NCBI GenBank assembly: GCA_964456475.1
Contig: CAYVZI010000003.1
Coordinates: 14,092-78,091, forward strand
From: an uncultured Candidatus Saccharibacteria bacterium
Lineage (GTDB): Bacteria; Patescibacteriota; Minisyncoccia; Phycocordibacterales; UBA9973
DNA length: 64,000 nucleotides
Reading direction: 5' to 3'
The first letter of the stretch is position 1. Every line of letters begins with the position of its first letter. Position numbers and translations under genes: made by a program. A model generated the notes under the pieces. The model was given only the letters and a program-made list of their open reading frames with translations, had not been told where the DNA came from and made no database searches. Shown here piece after piece: positions 44,615-54,967 of the stretch.

Positions 44615-44690
44615 GTCACCCCGGAGTACTCATCCGGGATCCATGAATATTCAAATTTAAATGGATTCCGGATCAAGTCCGGAATGACAC
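44615..44690. repeat. MITE-like element with both hairpin modules (GTCACCCCGGAGTACTCATCCGGGATCCATG and GGATTCCGGATCAAGTCCGGAATGACAC)
   Basis: Family member. It ends 8 nt before the HAD gene start. Confidence 0.7.
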
Positions 44691-44697
44691 TACGCAT

Positions 44698-45207
44698 ATG
44701 ACAAATAAAAAACTTATCATCTTTGATTTTGACGGAGTGCTAATTCATACATCACTTTTACCCCAAAAACTTCACCGAACCATACCGGAGGAGATGAAAA
44801 TTCTCATTCGAGAACTGGACGCAAACTACTTGCTTGCGATTGTTTCTGCGAGTGAATATTCTACTATTTCCGATTTTCTTGAAACACAAAATATCAGGAA
44901 TTCTTTTGTGGGGATTCTCGGTGGCAATTCTAATGGAGAAAAGGCTGCAAAAATAGCACAGCTTTTAAGGGAATATGAAATTGCTCCTCAATATACAATT
45001 ATGATTACTGATACGACTGGCGATGTTCGTGAGGCTCGGGAATGTAGCGTTCAATCGATTGCAGTAACATGGGGATTTCATGACAGGGAGCGTCTTAGAC
45101 GGGCAGAACCAGCATTCTATGTAGATACAGTACAAGAACTCGAACACGTAATTGAAACGTATTTTCTAGAACCCAACGAGAATGTACCCATACCGGCGTC
45201 CTCTTGA
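44698..45207 (+). CDS. HAD-superfamily hydrolase
   Basis: Motif I IIFDFDGVL. Confidence 0.65.
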   Translation: MTNKKLIIFDFDGVLIHTSLLPQKLHRTIPEEMKILIRELDANYLLAIVSASEYSTISDFLETQNIRNSFVGILGGNSNGEKAAKIAQLLREYEIAPQYTIMITDTTGDVREARECSVQSIAVTWGFHDRERLRRAEPAFYVDTVQELEHVIETYFLEPNENVPIPASS

Positions 45208-45232
45208 GGGTAGACCCTAGTCCCTAGAACCT
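45208..45232. repeat. TAGG-type heptamer repeat GGGTAGACCCTAGTCCCTAGAACC. Its reverse complement shares GGTTCTAGGGACTAGG with 61247-61284.
   Basis: Read directly. It lies 14 nt upstream of the 45246 start. Confidence 0.6.
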
Positions 45233-45245
45233 TTATAATGATTAC

Positions 45246-45791
45246 ATGGAAGACATTGCTCATCGCACAAAAGAAGGTCAGGAAATTTTGAAAGACCATC
45301 TTGGCTACATTAAATTAGAGGCAGATGCCTTTTTGGGGGCGCTCAAGGGTTTTCGACGTGACCTCGCGTTGTCTGCAAGGGCGACTGGTGGAATGATTCA
45401 CGGAGAATTCAAGGAGACAGCTACAATCATTGCTGTTCCGCCATTGGTAGATGGTATGAGTTTTGCCGATCTTCGAGCAATGCTTCATATCTGTACAGAG
45501 GCGTTTTTTGGAAAAATCATTGTAGAATCAAGATCTGTACAAAAAGAAGAGATTGAGATTATTCACAAAAACGTGATGGATGTAGCTGATTTTGCTCGAA
45601 GATTGTACGAGACGATCAAGACTGCTGGATTTGAATTCGATGTATTTAATACTCAAAATCTGGAAGCAGAACACATTGAATGTAATATTCTTTTCAATCG
45701 TGATGCGCTGAATGTTGCTATGGAAATTTCTCGCGCGCTTGGTGAATACGCCGTGCGTCTCGATATTGATTTGATGGAAGCAAAAAAGTAA
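45246..45791 (+). CDS. Hypothetical protein
   Basis: ORF only. Confidence 0.4.
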   Translation: MEDIAHRTKEGQEILKDHLGYIKLEADAFLGALKGFRRDLALSARATGGMIHGEFKETATIIAVPPLVDGMSFADLRAMLHICTEAFFGKIIVESRSVQKEEIEIIHKNVMDVADFARRLYETIKTAGFEFDVFNTQNLEAEHIECNILFNRDALNVAMEISRALGEYAVRLDIDLMEAKK

Positions 45792-45795
45792 CTAT

Positions 45796-46410
45796 ATGAA
45801 AAAACAAGTTATCGTAATTCATGGAGGAGATTGTTTTGAGACAAAGGAAAAATACCTTTCTTTTTTGCGTAGTTTTGAGATTGACAGTCTTGATTATTTT
45901 TTTGGAACGAGCTGGAAGAGTACACTTCAACAAAATCTCGGAGAGGATTTTCAGGTGGTTGCCCCTCGCATGCCAAATCAATTTGATGCTCGCTATGAGG
46001 AATGGAAGATTTGGTTTGAAAAATTAATTACATTACTCAATAGTGAAGTTGTACTCGTAGGGCATTCGCTGGGAGGAACATTTCTTGCAAAATACCTTGC
46101 AGAAAACACGCTGAGTAAAAAGATAACAAGCCTTCACCTTGTCGCACCTATGTATGATGCCGAAGGAACGAATGATTCTATGTGTGATTTTGTGATGCCT
46201 CAAAACTTAGAAAAAATAACAAATCAGTGTTCATCTGTTTTTATTTATCAGAGTAGCGACGATGAAATTGTTCCACCTTTAAACGCCGAGAAATTTTTGA
46301 AAGCACTACCGGATGCGAAGTTGCTATCATTTTCTGATAGAGGTCATTTCAATCAAGAATCTTTTCCTGAAATTATTGAAAACATCAAAGTTCAAAAGCT
46401 TGAAAGCTAA
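45796..46410 (+). CDS. Alpha/beta-fold serine hydrolase (RBBP9/YdeN-like)
   Basis: VLVGHSLGG nucleophile elbow. About 200 aa. Confidence 0.55.
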   Translation: MKKQVIVIHGGDCFETKEKYLSFLRSFEIDSLDYFFGTSWKSTLQQNLGEDFQVVAPRMPNQFDARYEEWKIWFEKLITLLNSEVVLVGHSLGGTFLAKYLAENTLSKKITSLHLVAPMYDAEGTNDSMCDFVMPQNLEKITNQCSSVFIYQSSDDEIVPPLNAEKFLKALPDAKLLSFSDRGHFNQESFPEIIENIKVQKLES

Positions 46411-46422
46411 AAAGCTTCCACT

Positions 46423-47010
46423 ATGCATCATATTCACCACACAGAAGCATTTGTGCTCGGTTCGCGGGCAAAAGGGGAGGACTCGAAAATCCTCTTTCTT
46501 TACACGCGCGAATTGGGCCTTGTATATGCTCATGCGCAAGGCATTCGAAAGATTTCTTCAAAGTTGCGATTTACGTTGCAGGATTTTTCGCGTGCACAAA
46601 TAGATCTTGTGCGTGGAAAAGAAATTTGGCGCGTGACGACGGCTTCACCAATTCATTCATACACCCACATATTGCATATCAAGGAAAGCGAGCGCATTCT
46701 TGCTCATGTTTCGTCACTCATTCTTCGCCTGGTGACAGGGGAGGAAGCAAGTGAAGAAATATTCCAGATACTTGTCCGTACGTATGCGTTGCTTGAAACA
46801 GGAGGTAAGTCGCAAGAAGATTTTCGCGCACTCGAACTTCTTTGCGTTGCGCGAATCTTGATCTCTCTCGGATACCTTTCTCGAGCTATACCGGGTGTGG
46901 CGGTCACGTTGGGCGGTGAGGCACAGATACCACAAGAGTTTTCCGATATTGCATATCAACACCGATTGATTCGCGACATCAATCAAGCACTGAGCGAGTC
47001 GCAACTCTAA
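46423..47010 (+). CDS. recO: DNA repair protein RecO
   Basis: N-terminal OB-fold pattern (EAFVLGSRAKGEDSKILFLYTRELGLV) and length. Confidence 0.6.
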   Translation: MHHIHHTEAFVLGSRAKGEDSKILFLYTRELGLVYAHAQGIRKISSKLRFTLQDFSRAQIDLVRGKEIWRVTTASPIHSYTHILHIKESERILAHVSSLILRLVTGEEASEEIFQILVRTYALLETGGKSQEDFRALELLCVARILISLGYLSRAIPGVAVTLGGEAQIPQEFSDIAYQHRLIRDINQALSESQL

Positions 47011-47123
47011 GCACAAAGCCGAAAGCTTAAAGTTGAAAGTGAAATACAAAATTCGTTACGGGTAGAGATTTCATCTTTAGGCTTTGAGCTTTTTTCTCTC
47101 ATTTTATGTGATAAAATGAGCCC

Positions 47124-49046
47124 ATGTCCGAACAGGGAAATCCAAACGAGCCACATAACTTAGATGACGTAAATGCACGCCTGTATCGACGTGATCTCGC
47201 TGGGCGTGTGATGCGACGCATCGACAGTCTTCATGTGAATCCGACACCGGTTAAGAAGGACTGGGAAGAAGATATGTCAAAGTCTCAATCCGGAAAAACC
47301 AAAATTCACCATTCTTTCTTTAAGAAGTTTTTTTATTTTTCACTTGGATTTGCAGTGCTTGCCGCACTTTTTGCTACAGTAATGTTCTTCACCGGAGGGA
47401 ACACTGTTTCAAATGCAAATATAGAAATTACAGTTCTTGGAAATTCATTTACCGCGGGAGGTGAAGAGCTTCCTTTGCAGGTTGAAGTTTCAAATAAGAA
47501 CGCGAGTGCACTTGAACTCGCTGATCTTTTTGTTGAGTATGACAATGGTGGGACTACTACCAATAGCGTCGGGCACGTTCGTGAATTGAATTCACTCGGT
47601 ACGATTCCTGCTGGTGGAAATACTACCAAGAGTCTTTTTGTAACACTGTTTGGCGAACAGGGGAGCACAAAGAGTGTTGACTTCACCTTGCAATATCGTC
47701 TTCGTGGCTCAAACGCAATTTTTGTAAAAAAATCTTCGTTTGTAGTGACTATCAATTCTGCCCCGGTATCACTTTCTGTTGATGGTCCAAAAAGTATAAC
47801 TCCGAATCAAAAATTGACCTTTACCGTCAAGACTGTCTCAAATAGCAAAAACACGCTTTCTGGAATGTTACTCCATGTCGAATATCCAACTGGATTTAAT
47901 TTTGAAAAATCAGTCCCAGAAGCAACTGCTTCAAATAATGTGTGGAACCTCGGTGATTTTGCACCTGGAGCGGAACGCGACGTCGTGATTACTGGTACGG
48001 TGTATGGACAGGACGGGGAAGATAGAGCTTTCCATGTATATACAGGTGCCGTAAGTACGACCGATAACTCCAAAATTGGTGTGACATACAATTCATTGCT
48101 TCAAACAGTATCGCTCGTCAAACCATTTCTTGCTGCGCGTCTTTCTATCAATGGTTCGACTACTGACCCAACACCAGTAGGTAGTGCTGGAAATGTTTCG
48201 GTTACTGTAAATTACACAAATAATTTGCCGACTCGCGTAACGGACGCTTCGGTGACCGTTCATTTGTCAGGGAACGCGCTCGATGGAAAATCAGTCGATG
48301 CGCAAAAAGGTTTTTACAATTCTTTGGACAAAACGATAACTTGGAACAAAACATCTGTCGCGGAACTTGCTTCGATTGAACCATCAGATCAGGGAATTTT
48401 ACAGTTTTCGTTCAAAGTTTTGCCGCTGTGGTCTACTGGAGGAACAATTTCTAAACCTTCTGTAAAAGTATCGGTAAGCATAAAAGGCAAACAGCCAGAT
48501 CAAGGGGGAGCGGTAAGCGAGGTTGCTGATTTTGAAGAAAAGACCGCAGTAATAAATTCTGATCTTGGTTTTTCTCCCGATGCCTCATATAGTACCGGAC
48601 CATTTTCAAATACCGGACCAATTCCACCGAAGGCAAATCAGCCCACGACATACACGGTTACTTGGACTGTAACCAATTCGGCAAATGCACTTACTGACGG
48701 TGTTGCTACGGCTCTCTTGCCGACATATGTAGATTGGGTTGGCACGATTTCTCCATCCGGAGAGTCTGTGGAATACGACGCGACAACAAGTACGATTCGC
48801 TGGAAAATTGGAACCGTGCCTGCCGGTGCTGGTACGAGCGGATCTCCCCGTAAGGTGTCGTTCCAAGTGCGCCTCAATCCGTCAGAAACTCAGGTGGGCA
48901 GTGTTCCAAAACTTGTTTTAGACACAACCATATCAGCAAAAGATACATTTACCGGTGTGATGCTCACTACGAGTCGTGGAGCAATATCGACCCAACTTCG
49001 TAACGAGCCAGGATTCCCGCCAGATGGACAGACGGTTGTACCATAA
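47124..49046 (+). CDS. Large membrane-anchored extracellular protein with beta-rich (Ig/DUF11-like) repeats
   Basis: N-terminal TM segment. Thr/Ser/Val-rich beta-strand pattern. No catalytic motifs. Confidence 0.45.
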   Translation: MSEQGNPNEPHNLDDVNARLYRRDLAGRVMRRIDSLHVNPTPVKKDWEEDMSKSQSGKTKIHHSFFKKFFYFSLGFAVLAALFATVMFFTGGNTVSNANIEITVLGNSFTAGGEELPLQVEVSNKNASALELADLFVEYDNGGTTTNSVGHVRELNSLGTIPAGGNTTKSLFVTLFGEQGSTKSVDFTLQYRLRGSNAIFVKKSSFVVTINSAPVSLSVDGPKSITPNQKLTFTVKTVSNSKNTLSGMLLHVEYPTGFNFEKSVPEATASNNVWNLGDFAPGAERDVVITGTVYGQDGEDRAFHVYTGAVSTTDNSKIGVTYNSLLQTVSLVKPFLAARLSINGSTTDPTPVGSAGNVSVTVNYTNNLPTRVTDASVTVHLSGNALDGKSVDAQKGFYNSLDKTITWNKTSVAELASIEPSDQGILQFSFKVLPLWSTGGTISKPSVKVSVSIKGKQPDQGGAVSEVADFEEKTAVINSDLGFSPDASYSTGPFSNTGPIPPKANQPTTYTVTWTVTNSANALTDGVATALLPTYVDWVGTISPSGESVEYDATTSTIRWKIGTVPAGAGTSGSPRKVSFQVRLNPSETQVGSVPKLVLDTTISAKDTFTGVMLTTSRGAISTQLRNEPGFPPDGQTVVP

Positions 49047-49080
49047 AAATTACGAATTACGAATTAGGAATTAGGAATGT
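49047..49080 (+). repeat. 34-nt heptamer-based repeat AAAATTACGAATTACGAATTAGGAATTAGGAATG. A near-identical copy lies inside the CDS at 24251-24284.
   Basis: 32 of 34 nt identical between the two copies. Confidence 0.7.
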
Positions 49081-49148
49081 CACACAATGGAAAAATGAGA
49101 CAAGAAATGGTAGGGTAGACACATATGGAAAAAGGACAGGAAAATGTA

Positions 49149-50474
49149 ATGGAAAAGATTCAGTCGCTCTGTAAGCGACGAGGCTTTATATTTCAAGGCT
49201 CAGAAATCTATGGAGGACTTTCAGGTATTTTTGACTACGGACCGCTTGGCGTAGAACTTCGCCATAATATCAAGCAATACTTCTGGGAGACATTCATCAA
49301 AAATCGAGAAGATATTTACCCGATTAGTGCTGGAATTTTGATGCCAGCAAAAGTCTGGGAAGCATCAGGTCATACCGAACTATTTACCGACCCGCTCGTC
49401 GAATGCAAAATTTGTAACGGACGCGTGCGTGCCGATCAACCGGAAGCTATAGCTGATCATGAAGCGACACATCCGAAGGAAAAAGTGGAATGGTCTACAC
49501 CTCGCGTTTTTAATCTGCTCGTTGAGACCAAACTCGGTGCATCAGAAGACACAGCTCAGCAAGTGTATCTTCGTGGAGAAATCACTCAGGGTGTCCATGT
49601 GAACTTCAAAAATATTCTTGACTCAATGCATCCGAAGCTCCCGTTCGGCGTGGGGCAGGTTGGAAAAGCTTTTCGCAACGAAATCACACCTCGCGATTTC
49701 CTATTCCGTCAGCGCGAATTCGAACAGATGGAAATTCAGTATTACATCAAGCCAGATGAAAAAACTGGCGCGGAAACATTTGAATTTTGGAAAAATGCCG
49801 CACTTGATTGGTACTACGGACTCGGATTCAAAAAAGAAAGTTTGCGTTTGCGTGCACATGAAGCAGATGAACGCGCACACTATGCCAAAGATGCATGGGA
49901 TATTGAATACAACATGCCAGGCGTTGGTTGGAAGGAGGCATGGGGAATTCACCATCGCGGTGATTGGGATTTGCGACGCCATTCCGAATACTCTGGTGTA
50001 GATCTTTCGTATTACGATGAAGAGACAAAGGAACGCTGTATTCCATGGGACATTGAATGTTCTGGAGGTGTAGATCGAGCCGTACTCTTTACACTTATGG
50101 AAGCATATACAGAAGACCAGATGGGGAATGAGACTCGCGCATATCTTAAACTCAAGCCTTCCATCGCACCAGTACTTTGCGCTGTGTCTCCACTCCTCAA
50201 AAACAAACCTGAACTCGTAGAAAAAGCACGCAGTGTATATATGATGCTCAAAAAGGAATTCGGACGCGTTGCGTTTGATGACAATGGCAACATTGGCAAG
50301 CGCTATCGTAGGCAAGATGAAATCGGTACGCCATGGTGTATCGTGATCGACTTCGACACACTCGGCGAAAATCCAGAATTGCTCGATACGGTCACTATTC
50401 GCGACCGAGATACAGGAAATCAAGAACGCGTAAAAATTTCTGATTTGATTTCAAAAATTAAAGAACAATTGTAA
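49149..50474 (+). CDS. glyQS: Glycyl-tRNA synthetase (class II, alpha2 GlyQS type)
   Basis: RRGFIFQGSEIYGGLSGIFDYGPLG motif 1-2 region. Anticodon-binding C-terminus. Confidence 0.9.
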   Translation: MEKIQSLCKRRGFIFQGSEIYGGLSGIFDYGPLGVELRHNIKQYFWETFIKNREDIYPISAGILMPAKVWEASGHTELFTDPLVECKICNGRVRADQPEAIADHEATHPKEKVEWSTPRVFNLLVETKLGASEDTAQQVYLRGEITQGVHVNFKNILDSMHPKLPFGVGQVGKAFRNEITPRDFLFRQREFEQMEIQYYIKPDEKTGAETFEFWKNAALDWYYGLGFKKESLRLRAHEADERAHYAKDAWDIEYNMPGVGWKEAWGIHHRGDWDLRRHSEYSGVDLSYYDEETKERCIPWDIECSGGVDRAVLFTLMEAYTEDQMGNETRAYLKLKPSIAPVLCAVSPLLKNKPELVEKARSVYMMLKKEFGRVAFDDNGNIGKRYRRQDEIGTPWCIVIDFDTLGENPELLDTVTIRDRDTGNQERVKISDLISKIKEQL

Positions 50475-50510
50475 ATAAAAAATCGAAGCAGTAATGCTTC
50501 GATTTTTAGT
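50472..50510. terminator. Bidirectional terminator
   Basis: AAAAAATCGAAGC-AGTAAT-GCTTCGATTTTTAG. Confidence 0.8.
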
Positions 50511-51117
50511 ATTTTCTCTTATCTTTTGGTTTTCCTTTCTTTTTCCATGCAAGATTCATTTCAAACAAATGGTCGCTCAAGAATTTTTTGAATACAGTAT
50601 GGCGATTGTACTGATTGCAGTAATTCCATATTTTTAAAAAAATATCAGGGGTGATAATGTTTCTAAAATGTTTCTGTAGCGCTTTTTGAATTGAGTCTAC
50701 TGAAAAGGGAATATCATACGATTTTATTGAAAACGAGTTTTGATTAATCCGCATTTCGAAATCTGCTTTTGATAGAAACAAATCACAACAAGTTGTATCT
50801 ACTGTTTCATATAGAAAAGTATTTTCCAATGCAAAATTTTTTAAACTCTCAACCCCTGATAACTTTTTAAAATATTTAGGGTTTTGTTCAAGTAATCTTT
50901 TAACAGATTTCGTATGGAGTATATATAGATCAGAATCTGGAATAGAGTCTGAAGGTGAAATATGCACCTCGTCGTTTTGTAAACTTCTGATACGAATTTT
51001 GCGTTTCGGAGTATCTTCATTCCGATTCATTTCTATATACATTACTGGGTAATCAGGTTGAAAAAGAAGAATATGTCCCTGAAGCCGGGTGCGCTTCTTT
51101 AGTACAAGTATTTTCAT
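50506..51117 (-). CDS. Hypothetical protein, markedly AT-rich, opposite strand to its neighbours
   Basis: ORF only. Confidence 0.4.
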   Translation of the reverse strand: MKILVLKKRTRLQGHILLFQPDYPVMYIEMNRNEDTPKRKIRIRSLQNDEVHISPSDSIPDSDLYILHTKSVKRLLEQNPKYFKKLSGVESLKNFALENTFLYETVDTTCCDLFLSKADFEMRINQNSFSIKSYDIPFSVDSIQKALQKHFRNIITPDIFLKIWNYCNQYNRHTVFKKFLSDHLFEMNLAWKKKGKPKDKRKY

Positions 51118-51201
51118 CGGCTTAAGTTTTTCTGCATAGTAGTCTTTATTCTAGATATTGCAAGTCTTGTCTTTGGTTGGTGGGGAATATATAGTGAATC
51201 T

Positions 51202-52476
51202 ATGCAATACACTAAAACCAAGCTTAAAAACGGACTTCGAGTGATCACTGTCCCGATGAAGGATAATCCAACTGTCACCGTCCTTGTGCTTGTCGAAACG
51301 GGCTCAAAATACGAGACAAAGGCTAAGAACGGTATATCTCATTTCCTGGAGCATATGTGCTTCAAGGGGACTACGGTGCGCCCTTCAGCCCATGCTATTT
51401 CGGCTGAGCTTGATGGGCTTGGAAGCCAGTCAAATGCTTTTACCGGACAAGAATACACCGGCTATTATGCCAAGAGCGATGCCAAGCATTTCAAACAAAT
51501 CTTCGACATTGTTTCTGATGTCTACCTTAATTCGACGTTTCCAGAAGCGGAAATTGAAAAAGAAAAAGGTGTGATTGTGGAAGAAATCAACATGTACGAA
51601 GACATGCCCCAACAGCAGGCACAAATTGTTTTTATGAGTTTGCTCTATGGTAATCAACCAGCGGGATGGTGCATTGCCGGCACTCGCGACAATGTTCGTG
51701 CAATGACACGCAAGGATTTTGTGGAGTATAAGAATGCGCATTATGTTCCAAAAGCGACGACAGTAATTGTCGCAGGAAAAGTATCTGAAAAAGAAGTCGC
51801 GAAAGAAATCGAGCGAGTATTCGGCGCCCTTAAATCGACTGCAAAATCAACAAAAGGAAAAACGAAGGATTCGCAATCAAAACCTGCGGTACTTATTGCT
51901 CAAAAAAAATCTGATCAAACACATCTCGTGCTCGGTGTGCGTAGTTTTGACACCTATGACAAAAAGAATCCTATTGTCACAGTACTCGGTACAATCTTGG
52001 GTGGGGGAATGAGTTCGCGTCTCTTTATTAAACTCCGTGAAGAACTCGGCGTAGCGTATTATGTGCGTGCGGGTAATGACACCTATTCTGATCATGGCGC
52101 ATTCCAAATTTCTGCAGGTGTGTCGAACGAACGTGTCGCCGAAGTGGTCAAGGAGGTTCTCGCTGAGTGTGCACGACTCAAGACTGAGCTTGTTGAAAAA
52201 GCTGAACTTGATAAAGCCAAGGAATATTTGATAGGGAATATGAAGCTCGAACTCGAAAGTTCTGATGCATGGGCATCTTATTTTGGCGGACAAGAAGTCA
52301 TGCGCAAAAAGATACAATCTCCAGAAGAAATCGAAGCGAAGATTCGCAAAGTCACCGCAGAGCAAATTCAGGCAGTCGCTCGGGAGATATTTGTCGACAA
52401 ACATCTCAATCTTGCGCTCGTTGGGCCGTTTGAAAATAAGGCTGATTTCTTGAAAAATCTCACATTTAAACCTTAG
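51202..52476 (+). CDS. M16-family zinc metallopeptidase (insulinase-like)
   Basis: HFLEHMCFKGT inverted zinc-binding HxxEH motif. Confidence 0.85.
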   Translation: MQYTKTKLKNGLRVITVPMKDNPTVTVLVLVETGSKYETKAKNGISHFLEHMCFKGTTVRPSAHAISAELDGLGSQSNAFTGQEYTGYYAKSDAKHFKQIFDIVSDVYLNSTFPEAEIEKEKGVIVEEINMYEDMPQQQAQIVFMSLLYGNQPAGWCIAGTRDNVRAMTRKDFVEYKNAHYVPKATTVIVAGKVSEKEVAKEIERVFGALKSTAKSTKGKTKDSQSKPAVLIAQKKSDQTHLVLGVRSFDTYDKKNPIVTVLGTILGGGMSSRLFIKLREELGVAYYVRAGNDTYSDHGAFQISAGVSNERVAEVVKEVLAECARLKTELVEKAELDKAKEYLIGNMKLELESSDAWASYFGGQEVMRKKIQSPEEIEAKIRKVTAEQIQAVAREIFVDKHLNLALVGPFENKADFLKNLTFKP

Positions 52477-52500
52477 CCGTAAAGGTGCTATGATGGGCAT

Positions 52501-53511
52501 ATGAACCCCCAGGGAGAGAAAGTTATTACGATAAGTCAAAAGACTATTTGGAGCACTATTGCTCTTTTGGCGCTTATTTTTGGACTGTACTATCTTCGAG
52601 ATTTGGTCTACGTTTTCCTCACATCAATCGTCATTGCATCATTCGTTGAATTCGGCGTAAAGAAACTGGTGGCACGTAAGCTCGGAAGGAGTTTCTCTGT
52701 GGTTATTATTTATTTTTGTGTTATTGCTTTGTTTGGGTTGTTTTTGTATTTTTTTGTTCCTGTATTCCTCGGACAGATGGCACAGTTTTTTAATTTTATT
52801 CACACGTATCTACCGACAACGGGCACGAATGTTTCGGAAGGTGTTCCGTTTGTGGATATTATCGGAAAGTTTGAATCATTGGCAACAAACACAGGACCAC
52901 AAGCTATTGCTGCAGCGAGCTTTATATTCGGTGGACTTATCAACGTAGTCTTGCTTGCTGTTATTTCTTTTTATCTTTCAATCAACAAAAACGGAGTTGA
53001 AAATTTTCTTCGCATTATTACCCCAGATCGGAATGAAGAGTATGTAGTCAATCTTTGGAAGAGGACAGAACACAAGATCGGCCTCTGGTTTCAAGGGCAA
53101 CTCCTGCTTGGATTTTTGGTTGGGGTATTTATTTACCTAGGTCTTCTTTTGTTTAATGTGCAATATGCACTTCTTCTTGCTGTAGCGGCTGCGATTATGG
53201 AACTTATACCATTCGGTATTATTTTGGCAGCAATACCGGCAATTGCCTCGGGGTATTCAAGTGGCGGAACTACCACAGCGCTCGAAGTTGCTGGCCTCTA
53301 TGTAGTCATTCAGCAATTTGAAGCAAATCTGATTCAGCCACTCATTGTCAAAAAAGTAGTTGGAATCTCATCTCTCTTGGTAATCTTATCTTTGCTTGTA
53401 GGTATTGAGCTTGCCGGGTTCTGGGGGGTTATTCTCTCTATTCCGGTCGCTGTATGTGTCATGGAGTTTTTTGAGGACCTCGATAAAAAGAAAAAAGCAG
53501 CCATAAACTAA
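52501..53511 (+). CDS. AI-2E family transporter (UPF0118/PerM-like)
   Basis: Eight TM segments and the conserved GQLLLGFLVG region. Confidence 0.65.
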   Translation: MNPQGEKVITISQKTIWSTIALLALIFGLYYLRDLVYVFLTSIVIASFVEFGVKKLVARKLGRSFSVVIIYFCVIALFGLFLYFFVPVFLGQMAQFFNFIHTYLPTTGTNVSEGVPFVDIIGKFESLATNTGPQAIAAASFIFGGLINVVLLAVISFYLSINKNGVENFLRIITPDRNEEYVVNLWKRTEHKIGLWFQGQLLLGFLVGVFIYLGLLLFNVQYALLLAVAAAIMELIPFGIILAAIPAIASGYSSGGTTTALEVAGLYVVIQQFEANLIQPLIVKKVVGISSLLVILSLLVGIELAGFWGVILSIPVAVCVMEFFEDLDKKKKAAIN

Positions 53512-53523
53512 CTATAAATTTAT

Positions 53524-54963
53524 ATGAAGCCATTTTATATTACAACTACACTCCCGTACGTAAATGCCGACCTTCACATGGGGCATGCGCTTGAATTTGT
53601 GCGTGCCGATGTGATTGCTCGTTACAAAAAACTCAATGGGTTTGATGTATTTTTCAATACGGGTACTGATGAACATGGTATGAAGATATACGAGAAAGCG
53701 CAGTCTTTAGGAAAGACCCCGCAAGAGTTTGTGGACGAGAGTTTTGCCCGATTTACTGAATCCGTAAAAATTTTTGGCTTAGATGAAAGTATTCTCCATT
53801 ACGCTCGTACGACAGATGCTCGTCATGAATCTGCAGCGCAAGAGTTTTGGAAACGATGCGATCAAAATGGATATATTTACAAGAAGAACTATCAAGCAAA
53901 ATATTGTGTTGGTTGTGAGGAGGTAAAAACCGACTCAGATCTCGTTGGGGGAGAATGCCCTGTGCATCCAGGGAGACCACTTGAAATCATTGAAGAGGAA
54001 AATTACTTTTTTAAGTATTCGGCATTTACCGAAAAATTGCTTGCTTTTTATGATTCACACCCAAGCTTCGTCGTGCCAGATTTTCGCTATAACGAAATCA
54101 AAGCATTCGCAGGACGCGGGTTGGAGGATTTTTCAATTTCACGTCTGAAGAGCAAGATGCCATGGGGAATACCGGTACCAGGGGATGAGGCGCATGTGAT
54201 GTATGTTTGGTTTGATGCTTTAACCAATTATATTTCTACACTTGATTGGCCAAACGAAGGAGGAAATTTTGAAACGTATTGGAAAACTGGGACTCCGACT
54301 CAGTATTGTGGGAAGGACAATACTCGATTTCAGTCTGCAATGTGGCAGGCAATGCTCATGGCCGCAAATGTACCCAATTCCCATCAAATCGTAGTCAACG
54401 GCTTTGTCACAGCTGATGGCGGTGTACGTATGTCGAAGACTCTCGGTAATGGAGTCGATCCAAAAGATGTTGTGGCCGAGTATGGCACAGATGCAATGCG
54501 ATTCTTCTTGGCAAAGGAAATCTCGTCTTTTGAAGATAGTCCATTTACGATGGAGAGATTTAAGGCATCGTATAATGCGCATCTTGCAAACGGGTTGGGA
54601 AATCTCGCTTCGCGAATTCTTACGCTTTCAGAAAAATATCTCGTAGAATGTCCTCCATTACCCGAGCAATCAATTCCCCAAGAGTTTTTTGATACGCTTG
54701 AATTGTTTGATATTCAAAAGGCTACCGCTCTCATTTGGGAAAAAATCCAAGTGCTCGATCAGAAAATCCAAAAGACAGAACCTTTTAAGGTCGTAAAAGT
54801 GGATGAAGTAAAAGGAAAGGAACTCATTTCGGAAATGGTTCTTGATTTGTATACTATTGCGAGAATGCTCAATCCAATCATGCCTGAAACAAATGCAAAA
54901 TTGAAAGCGCTTATTAAAGCCAACAAAAAACCTGAGACTCCGCTCTTTATGCGTAAGGAATAA
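53524..54963 (+). CDS. metG: Methionyl-tRNA synthetase (short form)
   Basis: HMGH and RMSKTLGN motifs. Zn knuckle CVGCEE...CPVH. Confidence 0.92.
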   Translation: MKPFYITTTLPYVNADLHMGHALEFVRADVIARYKKLNGFDVFFNTGTDEHGMKIYEKAQSLGKTPQEFVDESFARFTESVKIFGLDESILHYARTTDARHESAAQEFWKRCDQNGYIYKKNYQAKYCVGCEEVKTDSDLVGGECPVHPGRPLEIIEEENYFFKYSAFTEKLLAFYDSHPSFVVPDFRYNEIKAFAGRGLEDFSISRLKSKMPWGIPVPGDEAHVMYVWFDALTNYISTLDWPNEGGNFETYWKTGTPTQYCGKDNTRFQSAMWQAMLMAANVPNSHQIVVNGFVTADGGVRMSKTLGNGVDPKDVVAEYGTDAMRFFLAKEISSFEDSPFTMERFKASYNAHLANGLGNLASRILTLSEKYLVECPPLPEQSIPQEFFDTLELFDIQKATALIWEKIQVLDQKIQKTEPFKVVKVDEVKGKELISEMVLDLYTIARMLNPIMPETNAKLKALIKANKKPETPLFMRKE

Positions 54964-54967
54964 GAAT

